Shown here one piece after another: positions 26,527-34,832 of a stretch of 64,000 nucleotides of DNA (positions are counted from its first letter, which is position 1; each line of letters opens with the position of its first letter). The DNA lies in NCBI GenBank assembly GCA_943332515.1, contig CALQPR010000005.1, positions 35,567 to 99,566 on the forward strand, written 5' to 3'. The DNA is from Pedosphaera parvula Ellin514 (GTDB taxonomy: Bacteria; Verrucomicrobiota; Verrucomicrobiia; Limisphaerales; JADJPG01). Position numbers and translations under genes: made by a program. Below the pieces are notes generated by a model. It worked only from the letters and a program-made list of their open reading frames with translations. It was not told where the DNA came from and did no database searches.

Positions 26527-27609
26527 ATGAACGCTGCGCGAAAACCTCTGGCGTCTGCCCCTGATGATGCGGAAGCGCAGCGAGCCGCCTCACCCCTCAC
26601 CCCGGCCCTCTCCCCGTTGAGGGGAGAGGGAGACGGAAGTGGCGCGTTGGTTGATTCGTGTGGCGATGGCGGCGGTCAGCCAGCGGGAGAAGATCGAAAG
26701 GACTGCTTAACGCTCACGGATTCCGAGTTGGGTCGCATCGTTGCGCAAGCTTCCGTTCCTACTCCCTCTCCCCTCAACGGGGAGAGGGCCGGGGTGAGGG
26801 GTGAAAGCGTCAAGCAACGCTTCATTCCTATAGAGCTCCCCACCGTCTCCCCGCTGCTGCTGCGTTGGTTCACGTGGTATTGCCGTCGCTACATTCGCCG
26901 TCACTTTCATAAGCTGCGCATCTCCATCTCGGGACTGCCACCGGATACGGCCGGACATCCGCTCGTCATCTTCACGAACCACGCATCGTGGTGGGATCCG
27001 CTCGTCGGACTGGTGATCAAGGATCAGTGCTTCTGTGACCGTTCGATGTTCACGCCCATCGATGCCGGGATGCTCCAGCGCTATCGCATGTTCGCGAAGT
27101 TCGGCTTCTTCGGAGTCGAGCAGGGGACGCGGCGGGGTGCCGTCCAGTTTCTGCGGACCTCTCAATCAATTCTCAGTCATCCCAACCATCTCCTTGCGGT
27201 GACGCCGCAGAGCCGCTTTGCCGATGTTCGCGAGCGGCCGGTCCGCTTTCAATCCGGCATCGGCCATCTCGCGGCTCAGGTGGACGGCGCACTGTTCCTG
27301 CCGATGGCGACCGAGTTTGTCTTTTGGGAAGAGCGCCTTCCGGAGATTCTCGTGCGCTTCGGCGAACCAATCGAAGTCAATCGTGCGAACGATGGCGGTC
27401 GTTCGGCGGAAGCCTGGTCTGCTCTGTTGGAGCAACAGCTCACGACCAATCTGGATGCCCTCGCCGTTGAAGCGAAACGTCGGGATCCCTCCGACTTCCG
27501 CACAATCATCAGTGGCGGAGCAGGGCAGGGCGGCATCTACGATCTGTGGCGTGCGCTGAAGGCGAAGGTGCGCGGTGAATCGTTCGTGAAGGAGCACGGG
27601 AACAAATGA
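26527..27609 (+). CDS. lysophospholipid/glycerol-3-phosphate acyltransferase-family protein (PlsC-like; CrtO-like role proposed). Start uncertain.
   Basis: H(X)4D motif NHASWWD and later FGFFGVE...[10 protein letters not shown] 26527 lies 7 nt after the crtP-like stop. The alternative in-frame GTG 26794 lies inside repeat copy B. Confidence 0.65.
   Translation: MNAARKPLASAPDDAEAQRAASPLTPALSPLRGEGDGSGALVDSCGDGGGQPAGEDRKDCLTLTDSELGRIVAQASVPTPSPLNGERAGVRGESVKQRFIPIELPTVSPLLLRWFTWYCRRYIRRHFHKLRISISGLPPDTAGHPLVIFTNHASWWDPLVGLVIKDQCFCDRSMFTPIDAGMLQRYRMFAKFGFFGVEQGTRRGAVQFLRTSQSILSHPNHLLAVTPQSRFADVRERPVRFQSGIGHLAAQVDGALFLPMATEFVFWEERLPEILVRFGEPIEVNRANDGGRSAEAWSALLEQQLTTNLDALAVEAKRRDPSDFRTIISGGAGQGGIYDLWRALKAKVRGESFVKEHGNK
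26590..26804. repeat. 215-bp unit bounded by perfect 43-bp inverted repeats (MITE-like or REP doublet)
   Basis: 26590-26632 TCACCCCTCACCCCGGCCCTCTCCCCGTTGAGGGGAGAGGGAG equals the exact reverse complement of 26762-26804. Each copy has an internal 10-bp stem CCCTCTCCCC/GGGGAGAGGG. Confidence 0.8.
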
Positions 27610-28760
27610 ACCTTGATCTGCTTGCCCTCATGGCGCTCTTGCTCGCGGCCATTCCGGCGGGACTCTTCCTGATCAATCTTTTCGTCTATCGACCCGTTGC
27701 AAATCGTCCGTCCGCGACAGGCAGCCAGCGTCCTTCGCTAAGCGTCCTCATTCCCGCCCGCAACGAGGAGAAGAACCTGCGCTCGACGCTTGGATCCGTT
27801 CTCGCGAATCAAGGCGCAGAGTTTGAAGTCATCGTGCTCGATGATCATTCCACGGACCAAACGGCGGCCATCGTCGCCGAGTTCGCCGCGATTGATCCTC
27901 GTGTCCGACTCGAGGCTGCGCCGCCGCTGCCTGTGGGTTGGTGCGGAAAGCAGCACGCCTGTAACGTCCTGGCGGGCTTCGCCCGGCATCCGCTGCTCGT
28001 CTTCATTGATGCAGACGTGCGCCTCGCGCCGGATGCGTTGCGAAGGATGGCCGGCTTCATGGACACCTCGGGCGCGGCGCTCGCCAGCGGCGTGCCACGC
28101 CAGGAACTCGGCACGCTCAGCGAGCGCCTGCTGCTTCCGCTCATTCACTTTGTGCTGCTCGGCTACCTGCCCATGCACCTCATGCGCTGGACGAAGCTTG
28201 CGGGTTTCTCCGCCGGATGCGGCCAGCTCTTCATCGCGCGCGCCGACGCTTATCATGCGACGGGTGGTCACGCCATGATTCGCGCGACGCTCCACGACGG
28301 TGTGAAGCTGCCACGGCTCTTCCGCCGCGCAGGCTTTCGAACTGATCTGTTCGACGCCACCGACTTGGCCACTTGCCGCATGTATCACACGAATGCCGAA
28401 ACGTGGCGCGGCCTCGGCAAGAACGCGACGGAAGGTCTCGGTTCACCAGGCACCATCCTGCCGATGACGGTGCTCTTGATCGGTGGTCAGGTAATTCCAT
28501 TCGTGCTCCTGGCCTTTGCTGCGCTTCTCTCGCCAGCGGGAATTCTGTTCGCGGGCACTGCGAGCGTCATCAGTCTTGCGCCCCGGTTGGTGAGTGTATG
28601 GCTCTTCCGGCAACCGTTTGGCAGCGCGCTCTTGCATCCGCTGGGTGTGCTTGCCTTGTTGGGAATTCAGTGGCTGGCCTTGCTCCGCCAGTTCGCCGGC
28701 AAGCCCTCAGAATGGAAAGGTCGCAAATACGGAGTCGCCGCAGTATCAAAGGCCGCGTGA
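27606..28760 (+). CDS. family-2 glycosyltransferase with C-terminal TM region (CrtQ-like role proposed)
   Basis: 384 aa: [45 protein letters not shown] (DxD), then several C-terminal TM helices. ATGA overlap with the acyltransferase stop. Confidence 0.85.
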   Translation: MNLDLLALMALLLAAIPAGLFLINLFVYRPVANRPSATGSQRPSLSVLIPARNEEKNLRSTLGSVLANQGAEFEVIVLDDHSTDQTAAIVAEFAAIDPRVRLEAAPPLPVGWCGKQHACNVLAGFARHPLLVFIDADVRLAPDALRRMAGFMDTSGAALASGVPRQELGTLSERLLLPLIHFVLLGYLPMHLMRWTKLAGFSAGCGQLFIARADAYHATGGHAMIRATLHDGVKLPRLFRRAGFRTDLFDATDLATCRMYHTNAETWRGLGKNATEGLGSPGTILPMTVLLIGGQVIPFVLLAFAALLSPAGILFAGTASVISLAPRLVSVWLFRQPFGSALLHPLGVLALLGIQWLALLRQFAGKPSEWKGRKYGVAAVSKAA

Positions 28761-29320
28761 AAGCTTTCGCGTCAACCTTGCTATTGTATCTCGGACTTTG
28801 CGCCCTTGTTCCGGCGGCAGAGGAGCATCCATTCACTTCCAAGATTTCGCAGCGCATTGAACTGCATGACCAGTATCAGAACCTTCAGTCGCTCAACTTC
28901 CCGGCAACCAATGTCACCTTCCTGACCATCGCCGACCGGAAGGGTTCCAAGCAAATCGAGGGATGGATCACAGCCTTGAAGGCGCATCACAAAGGACCGC
29001 TCGATATTCGTGGACTGGCGGATGTGGGCGGCGTGCCGTCCCTGCTGCGCGGGCGGATTCGCAAGCGGTTCCAGGAAACGATTCTTTATCCGGTGATGAT
29101 GGATTGGTCGGGAGATGTCTGCGCCAGGTTCCGTTATGTAGCGGATCAGGCGAACGTCATCATCATCGATCGCAATGGCTCCATTGCGGGCCGGTTCTCC
29201 GGGCAGGCCACGGAAGCGAGTCTCAAGGCGGCTTTCGTGGCACTGGAGAAGGCTGTGGCTACACCGATGCTCCCGCCCACGGACTTGGCCACCAAGAGTC
29301 CGTCTCCGTCGAAACGCTGA
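28757..29320 (+). CDS. secreted YtfJ-like / thioredoxin-fold protein
   Basis: The GTG start overlaps the GT2 stop (GTGA). Signal-like [23 protein letters not shown]. The body pattern (...[17 protein letters not shown]...[16 protein letters not shown]) resembles the YtfJ family. Confidence 0.45.
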   Translation: MKAFASTLLLYLGLCALVPAAEEHPFTSKISQRIELHDQYQNLQSLNFPATNVTFLTIADRKGSKQIEGWITALKAHHKGPLDIRGLADVGGVPSLLRGRIRKRFQETILYPVMMDWSGDVCARFRYVADQANVIIIDRNGSIAGRFSGQATEASLKAAFVALEKAVATPMLPPTDLATKSPSPSKR

Positions 29321-29404
29321 GCTTTCATACGCGACGGCCGCCTTTACGCCCGCAACGCGAAGGGCGAACTCGTGTGCCTCGAGTTGCGCCCAACCATCCG
29401 CTGA
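29321..29404 (+). pseudogene. 27-codon relic resembling the C-terminal blade of a PQQ-like beta-propeller protein
   Basis: AFIRDGRLYARNAKGELVCLELRPTIR*, with high G/C third positions. It lies in frame directly after the TGA of the preceding gene. Compare the C-terminus ...GDQIFIRELNALTVWRW of the 58646-60040 protein. Confidence 0.3.
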
Positions 29405-29560
29405 ATGACTCCTCTCCGGATTTCATGCGACGGATCGAGACTCTCACCGTCATGCCGCGGGCCCTCGTCGCCGTGGCTCAATCCGATGGGGTCATGAACG
29501 AATTCAAGAATTCAAAGTAGGATGGATGGATGCTTGATGGAACAGCGACATCGACTTTCC

Positions 29561-29863
29561 TCAGAACTTTCCTGGCCGGAGCACTTGAATGTCGGACGCA
29601 TAGGCAATCATGGCAAAACGGGGGAAGAATTCAGCTTGCAGGCGGGTCAGCAACAGCTCGGCGATGGCGGGCTGCACCACGACTTCGACCTGGATGTTGC
29701 TGAACTCGGCGATGTCGCCGGGGCGACGACCTTGCGACCCTTCACCCTCGACGGCGAAGAGCGTATAGCCATGCGCTCCCACCGCCGCGAGAAGACGCGT
29801 CAAGTGGTCCCGGGCGAGGGCTTCGCAGATGACGGTCACCAGTTTCATGGGGTGCGTGTTCAT
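29561..29863 (-). CDS. sbtB: PII-like signalling protein SbtB
   Basis: 100 aa from the internal ATG: MNTHPMKLVTVICEALARDHLTRLLAAVGAHGYTLFAVEGEGSQG...NIQVEVVV...AMIAYASDIQVL. Layout as in cyanobacterial SbtB. It starts 4 nt after the sbtA stop. Confidence 0.75.
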   Translation of the reverse strand: MNTHPMKLVTVICEALARDHLTRLLAAVGAHGYTLFAVEGEGSQGRRPGDIAEFSNIQVEVVVQPAIAELLLTRLQAEFFPRFAMIAYASDIQVLRPGKF

Positions 29864-29867
29864 GACC

Positions 29868-30842
29868 TTAAGAGTAGAGCTTACGGGCGATCTCAAGGTA
29901 GATCGGGATGCCCAGAGTGATGTTGAACGGAAAGGTGATGGCGAGTGAGGACGTAAGGTAAAGCGTCGGATTTGCGTCGGGCAGGGACATGCGGATGGCG
30001 GCCGGCGCGGCGATGTAAGAGGCGCTCGCGGACAGAACGCCGAGCAGGGTCGCGCCGCCCAATTCGAGTCCCGTGAGCTTGCCGAGGTACACTCCAAGCG
30101 CACCATTGATCAGCGGCACGACGATGCCGAAGCCGAGGAGAAAGGGTCCGACTTTTTTCAAATCGCCGAGCCGGCGCCCGGCCACCAAGCCCATTTCGAG
30201 AAGGAACAGTGCAAGCACACCCTGGAACGGTGTGACAAAGAACGCCTCAACCTTTGCCATGCCGACTTCGCCGCACAGCGAACCCACGATCAGCGAACCG
30301 ACCAACAGGAAGATGCTGCGTCCGAAGAGCGCCTCGTGCATCGCTGTCTTGATCGATGCGCCGGATTTTTCACCCGCCTGCTTCGTCGCAAGTTTGCCCA
30401 ACACCACGCCCACCAGGATGGCGGGCGATTCCATCACGGCGAGGAACGCCGTGGCGTAACTCTCGAACGGCTGGTTGATGGCCTTGAGATAATTCGTCGC
30501 GGCGATGAAGGTCACCGCACTAACTGATCCGTAGTGCGCCGCGATGGCCGCCGCGTCCACGGCGGAAAGCTTCCCGCCAAAGCGCAGCAGCGGATACGTC
30601 CACAGCGGAATCAAGGCGCCGAGGGTCATCGCCGCGAGGGCGGGCAGCCAGACCTTGGCGATGCCTGCCTCGGCGATGGCCACGCCGCCTTTGAAACCGA
30701 TGGCCACGAGCAGGTAGATCGTAAGTCCCACATAAAGTGGTTCGGGGAATTTCAGATCGCTCTTGGTGAGCGCGGCAATGAGGCCGAGAGCGAAGAATAG
30801 AACCGCAGGCGAAAGGAGGTTGGCCTGGATGGCGTCAATCAT
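29868..30842 (-). CDS. sbtA: SbtA-family (DUF897) sodium-dependent bicarbonate transporter-like permease
   Basis: LSPAVLFFALGL, LLVAIGFKGGVAI and LSASASYIAAPAAIRMSLPDANP parallel Synechocystis SbtA blocks. A TTG at 30848 is also possible. Confidence 0.8.
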   Translation of the reverse strand: MIDAIQANLLSPAVLFFALGLIAALTKSDLKFPEPLYVGLTIYLLVAIGFKGGVAIAEAGIAKVWLPALAAMTLGALIPLWTYPLLRFGGKLSAVDAAAIAAHYGSVSAVTFIAATNYLKAINQPFESYATAFLAVMESPAILVGVVLGKLATKQAGEKSGASIKTAMHEALFGRSIFLLVGSLIVGSLCGEVGMAKVEAFFVTPFQGVLALFLLEMGLVAGRRLGDLKKVGPFLLGFGIVVPLINGALGVYLGKLTGLELGGATLLGVLSASASYIAAPAAIRMSLPDANPTLYLTSSLAITFPFNITLGIPIYLEIARKLYS

Positions 30843-30848
30843 ACTCAA

Positions 30849-33296
30849 TTATCCGGTGCTCTTCATGCCGAACGCGATTCCGTTCACGGTCAGGGCCAGC
30901 AACCGGCGATGCTGCTCGGTCCGTTTAGCTTCAGGGGTGCGGCGCCAGAGGTCGAGGAAGCGAATCTGGAGAAAATGCAGCGGATCAATGTAGGGATTTC
31001 GCAGCCGGATTGATTCTTCGAGCACCGGTTGATGGACGAGCAACCGGCTACGCTGGCAGACACTCAGAACCATCCTGACCGAGAGGTGGTAGGACTCCTC
31101 GATGTTGCCAAAGATTTTGTTGCGGAGCTCCGCGGATTTCACCATCGAGGCGTAGCGCCGGGCGATGTAGAGATCCGTTTTGGCCAGCGACAGCGCCGCG
31201 TTGTCGAGCAACGTCGTGAAGAAGGGCCAGTGCTGATACATGTCGCGAAGCTGCTCGAGACCGTCCGGGTGGGAGGCGGCGAAGCGTTCGAGGCTCTGCC
31301 CGATGCCATACCAGGCGGAGAGCATGTGCCGGGATTGGGTCCACGAAAGCACCCACGGGATTGCCCGCAACTGGCGCATGTCATTGGTCTGTTGACGCCG
31401 GGCGGGCCGCGAGCCGATGCGGAGATGCTCGATCAAGTCAATCGGCGTGGCCTGCCAGAAGTAATCCGTGAAGCCGGGTGTCTCGTAAACGAACTGGTGA
31501 TAAACTTCGAACGACGTGCGGGCGATCGTTTTCATCGCCGCCTCCCAGCGGGGGAGCTGGGCGGTCTGCGATTCCGGAAAGGGGAGGCAGTTGGCGGCGA
31601 TGACCGCCGTGGTCAGTTGCTCCAGATTCCGGCGCGCAATCAGGGGGTGGGAATATTTCAGCGAAACGATTTCGCCCTGCTCCGTGATGCGGATGTGGCA
31701 GTTGTGCGCGGCGTGAGGTTGCGCGCGCAAGCTGCGGTAGCTGGCGCCGCCGCCGCGGTCGATGCTGCCTCCCTTGCCGTGAAAGAAGCGCAGCTTGATG
31801 CCGCGTTCGTCCGCGAGCGCCGCCAGTTTCTTTTGCGCCTGGTATAGATACCAGTTGGCGGCCAGGTAACCGCCGTCCTTGTTGGAGTCCGAGTAGCCGA
31901 GCATCACTTCCTGAATGTTGCCGCGCTCCTTGAGGTGGCTCCCGTATTCTGCATCGCTCCAAAGTTGGCGCAGGATTTCAGGCGCGTTTTCGAGGTCCTC
32001 GATGGTTTCGAAGAGCGGCACCAAGTCCACTCGTTTTAGGCGCACACGTCGGGCGAGCTTCAACACGCCCAGCAGATCTGCGGCGCTGCGAGTCATGCTC
32101 AGGATGAAGTGGTCAGCCGCGACGCCGCCATGTTCGGCCTGAAGATGGCGAATCGTCGCGAGCTCGGACGAGATGTCGTCGGGAGAAGCCGTCACTTTCA
32201 AGCTGTTGTCCCGGAAATCCAACTCGGCCAGATGAAAGCCGAAGACCCGCGCCTGCGTAATGAGCCGGGCGATGCGTCCTTGGGCGGCCCGATGCGCCTT
32301 TTGCCGGATCAAGTCCCGCTGGATCTCGATGAGATCCTTCACGAACTCCTCGGACGAACGATACCGGCCGCGCAGTTTGGTGCGCATCACCATCAGCCTT
32401 TGGCGGAAACCTTCGTTGGGTTGAAACGGATGGCGTTCATCCGTCGGAGCGGGCTGCCGTTGGACGGTTGGCCGCTCCGTCGCGTGACTCAGTTCGCCGA
32501 TCAGCGTCTCGCACTCGCGTCGGAAGAACTCGACCACGACGTTGCGGTGCAAGGCCGCCACCGCGAGGCTGACCTCGGGCGTGACGAAGGGATGCCCGTC
32601 GCGGTCTCCACCCACCCAACTGGCGAACGTAAGGAACGCCCGCTTGCGACGGACCTTTGGGTAGGCCGCCCGCAGCTCCGCGTCGAAGGACGCGTAAAAG
32701 TCGGTGGTGGCCTCGAAGATGGTCCGCTCGAAATAGAAGACGGTGTTCTCCGCTTCGTTCAGCGGGCTCACCCGACGCTCGCGAATTTCCTCGGTCTGCC
32801 AGAGAGCCTCGAGGATTTCGTCCGGAGCTTCCATGGAGTCGGACAGACGGAAGAGCTGGCTGAGCGTCGAGCGGCGACGGGCCTCGGTGGGATGCGCGGT
32901 CAGGACCGGCTGGACTTCGAGCAGGTCGAGGCACTCCTGAATTTTGGCCGCCGGAATCTTCGCCTCCTTCAATTCCCGGAACAGACTGCCCAGCGATTGG
33001 GCGGGGTGGGGCGTTGCCTGGAGGTGCCGAATCCGGGCGCGCTCCTCGCAGAGATTGACCAGTTGAAAAAACAGGCTGAAGGCGTGCGCCACCTGGTAAG
33101 CCTCGGTCGGTTTCAGGTTGGCCACCACCCGGCGCTTGGCCCGAACGACGTCTACTTTCTGCTGTTTCCGGACTTCTTTGGCCAGGACGCGGAGTTGCTC
33201 GAGGCGGGAGTAAAGAGCGTCTCCGGCCTGCTCTCGAATGATGTGGCCGAGGCGCGTGGTGAGGAAACGAATTTCTGCTTTGAGTTGCGGTTCCAC
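30849..33296 (-). CDS. ppc: phosphoenolpyruvate carboxylase
   Basis: 815 aa: VLTAHPTE, MLGYSDSNKDGG, FHGKGGSIDRGGG, and C-terminal LTVNGIAFGMKSTG. Confidence 0.95.
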   Translation of the reverse strand: MEPQLKAEIRFLTTRLGHIIREQAGDALYSRLEQLRVLAKEVRKQQKVDVVRAKRRVVANLKPTEAYQVAHAFSLFFQLVNLCEERARIRHLQATPHPAQSLGSLFRELKEAKIPAAKIQECLDLLEVQPVLTAHPTEARRRSTLSQLFRLSDSMEAPDEILEALWQTEEIRERRVSPLNEAENTVFYFERTIFEATTDFYASFDAELRAAYPKVRRKRAFLTFASWVGGDRDGHPFVTPEVSLAVAALHRNVVVEFFRRECETLIGELSHATERPTVQRQPAPTDERHPFQPNEGFRQRLMVMRTKLRGRYRSSEEFVKDLIEIQRDLIRQKAHRAAQGRIARLITQARVFGFHLAELDFRDNSLKVTASPDDISSELATIRHLQAEHGGVAADHFILSMTRSAADLLGVLKLARRVRLKRVDLVPLFETIEDLENAPEILRQLWSDAEYGSHLKERGNIQEVMLGYSDSNKDGGYLAANWYLYQAQKKLAALADERGIKLRFFHGKGGSIDRGGGASYRSLRAQPHAAHNCHIRITEQGEIVSLKYSHPLIARRNLEQLTTAVIAANCLPFPESQTAQLPRWEAAMKTIARTSFEVYHQFVYETPGFTDYFWQATPIDLIEHLRIGSRPARRQQTNDMRQLRAIPWVLSWTQSRHMLSAWYGIGQSLERFAASHPDGLEQLRDMYQHWPFFTTLLDNAALSLAKTDLYIARRYASMVKSAELRNKIFGNIEESYHLSVRMVLSVCQRSRLLVHQPVLEESIRLRNPYIDPLHFLQIRFLDLWRRTPEAKRTEQHRRLLALTVNGIAFGMKSTG

Positions 33297-33357
33297 GATG
33301 AGATCAGTTGTTTAAATTTCTCCGGGACACAAGGAGAAACGTTGCGCTTGGTTTCAT

Positions 33358-34770
33358 TCAGACTGCTTGCGCGCGGAGCGTATGCCACGGCCCGGTGATG
33401 GCCACGGTGACGCCGGGAGTCTGGATGTTCACAAAGAGCGTGGAACCGTCGGGGGAGAAAACCGCGCCGGCGAGTTCGCCGAGGTTGGTTTTTGCCAGCT
33501 TATAGATCTTCCCTTCGGGTGTGATGCCAACGAGGTACTGCGGGTTGGTTCCGTCCTCGCACACGATGAGGTCGCCCCAGGGCGCGATGGTCAGGTTGTC
33601 GGCATTCTCGATGAGCTTGCCGTCGTTGGGTTCGATGTAGAGTTCGAGCGTGCCTGGCTGGCGGGCTTCGCCGGCGGCGGCTTCAGCGGTGCTGGGCGTG
33701 TAGCGGAAAATCTGGCCCTTCTTCTTCGCGCCTCCGTTGGTGCAGGCGAAGAACACGGAGTCGTGCCCATACCAGCAGCCTTCGCCGCGGGCGAATCGCG
33801 CTGCGCCCCGCTCGAAGCATCCCTGATATCGCAGATCGTCGTCGGGCGACTCGACGTTGGTGATGTCCACCCACTCGACGGCGAGCTTCTGCCCGACGGT
33901 CAGGTTCGTGGCGTACCAATTCCGCGTGTCCGCCCGCGGCTGGTCGCGAAGTTTCAACGCCTGCAAGCGGCCGCCCTTCGCCAGTTGGCCGGGCTGATCG
34001 GGCAGGAAGCGGAAGAACAAACCGTCGCCACGATCCTCGGTCTGATAGACGGCACCGCTGCGCGGATCGACTGCGATTGCCTCGTGGCGGAAGCGGCCCA
34101 TGGCCTTGAGTGGAACTGGATCAGCCAGCGCGGGCTTCTCCGTGGGCGCGACCTCGAAGTTCCAGCCGTGATCCTGTTCCATCGGATCGTCGGGCGTCTG
34201 GCCTCCGTCGTTGGGACGGCTCGTATCTTCTTCGCAGGTGACCCAGGTGCCCCACGGCGTGACGCCGCCGGCGCAATTGCGCACGGTGCCGGCCAGGCTG
34301 AGGAAATGCCGCTCCAACTTCTGCTCCTTCGTGTTGAACACGAGCGTGGTGGTGCCGCCATTGGCGGGTTTCTTGCCCTTGCCGGCGTCGAACATTTTTT
34401 CGCGCGGCACCTTGCGCAACAGCGTGCGCTTCGTGCCGTAGGGGCCGGCCTCCGTCGTGTCGGTGCCGAGTTCGTGGTTGCGGACGAGGATGGTCCGCCC
34501 ACTCGGTCCGGCAAACGCACCCATGCCATCGTGTTTGCCGGGGACAAACAGACCGTCGTCCATCCTGTCGCCCGTTTCGGAGCAGAGCACATAGCGGAAA
34601 CCGGGCGGCAGATCGATCGTGCCGTAGAAGTCCGATTGAAGCGCCTTGTCCAGATCCTCGACGGAGGCCGCGAGCGCGGGCGTTTCGACAAAACGATGCA
34701 GCCCGGTGAAGGCGAGAGTGACGATGCTGGAGCGGGTCAAGAAAGCGCGGCGGCTCAGAGGTTTGATCAT
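33358..34770 (-). CDS. Tat-exported DUF839 (PhoX-like phosphatase family) beta-propeller protein
   Basis: 470 aa. Twin-arginine leader SRRAFLTRSSIVTLAF. GMGAF...ILVRNHE and CAGGVTPWGTWVTCEE are typical of DUF839/PhoX. Confidence 0.75.
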   Translation of the reverse strand: MIKPLSRRAFLTRSSIVTLAFTGLHRFVETPALAASVEDLDKALQSDFYGTIDLPPGFRYVLCSETGDRMDDGLFVPGKHDGMGAFAGPSGRTILVRNHELGTDTTEAGPYGTKRTLLRKVPREKMFDAGKGKKPANGGTTTLVFNTKEQKLERHFLSLAGTVRNCAGGVTPWGTWVTCEEDTSRPNDGGQTPDDPMEQDHGWNFEVAPTEKPALADPVPLKAMGRFRHEAIAVDPRSGAVYQTEDRGDGLFFRFLPDQPGQLAKGGRLQALKLRDQPRADTRNWYATNLTVGQKLAVEWVDITNVESPDDDLRYQGCFERGAARFARGEGCWYGHDSVFFACTNGGAKKKGQIFRYTPSTAEAAAGEARQPGTLELYIEPNDGKLIENADNLTIAPWGDLIVCEDGTNPQYLVGITPEGKIYKLAKTNLGELAGAVFSPDGSTLFVNIQTPGVTVAITGPWHTLRAQAV

Positions 34771-34832
34771 AGGTATGATGGGTTGAAAAAGGGCTGGCTA
34801 AGGTTTGATCACGGGGGTCCTTCGGTCGAAGT

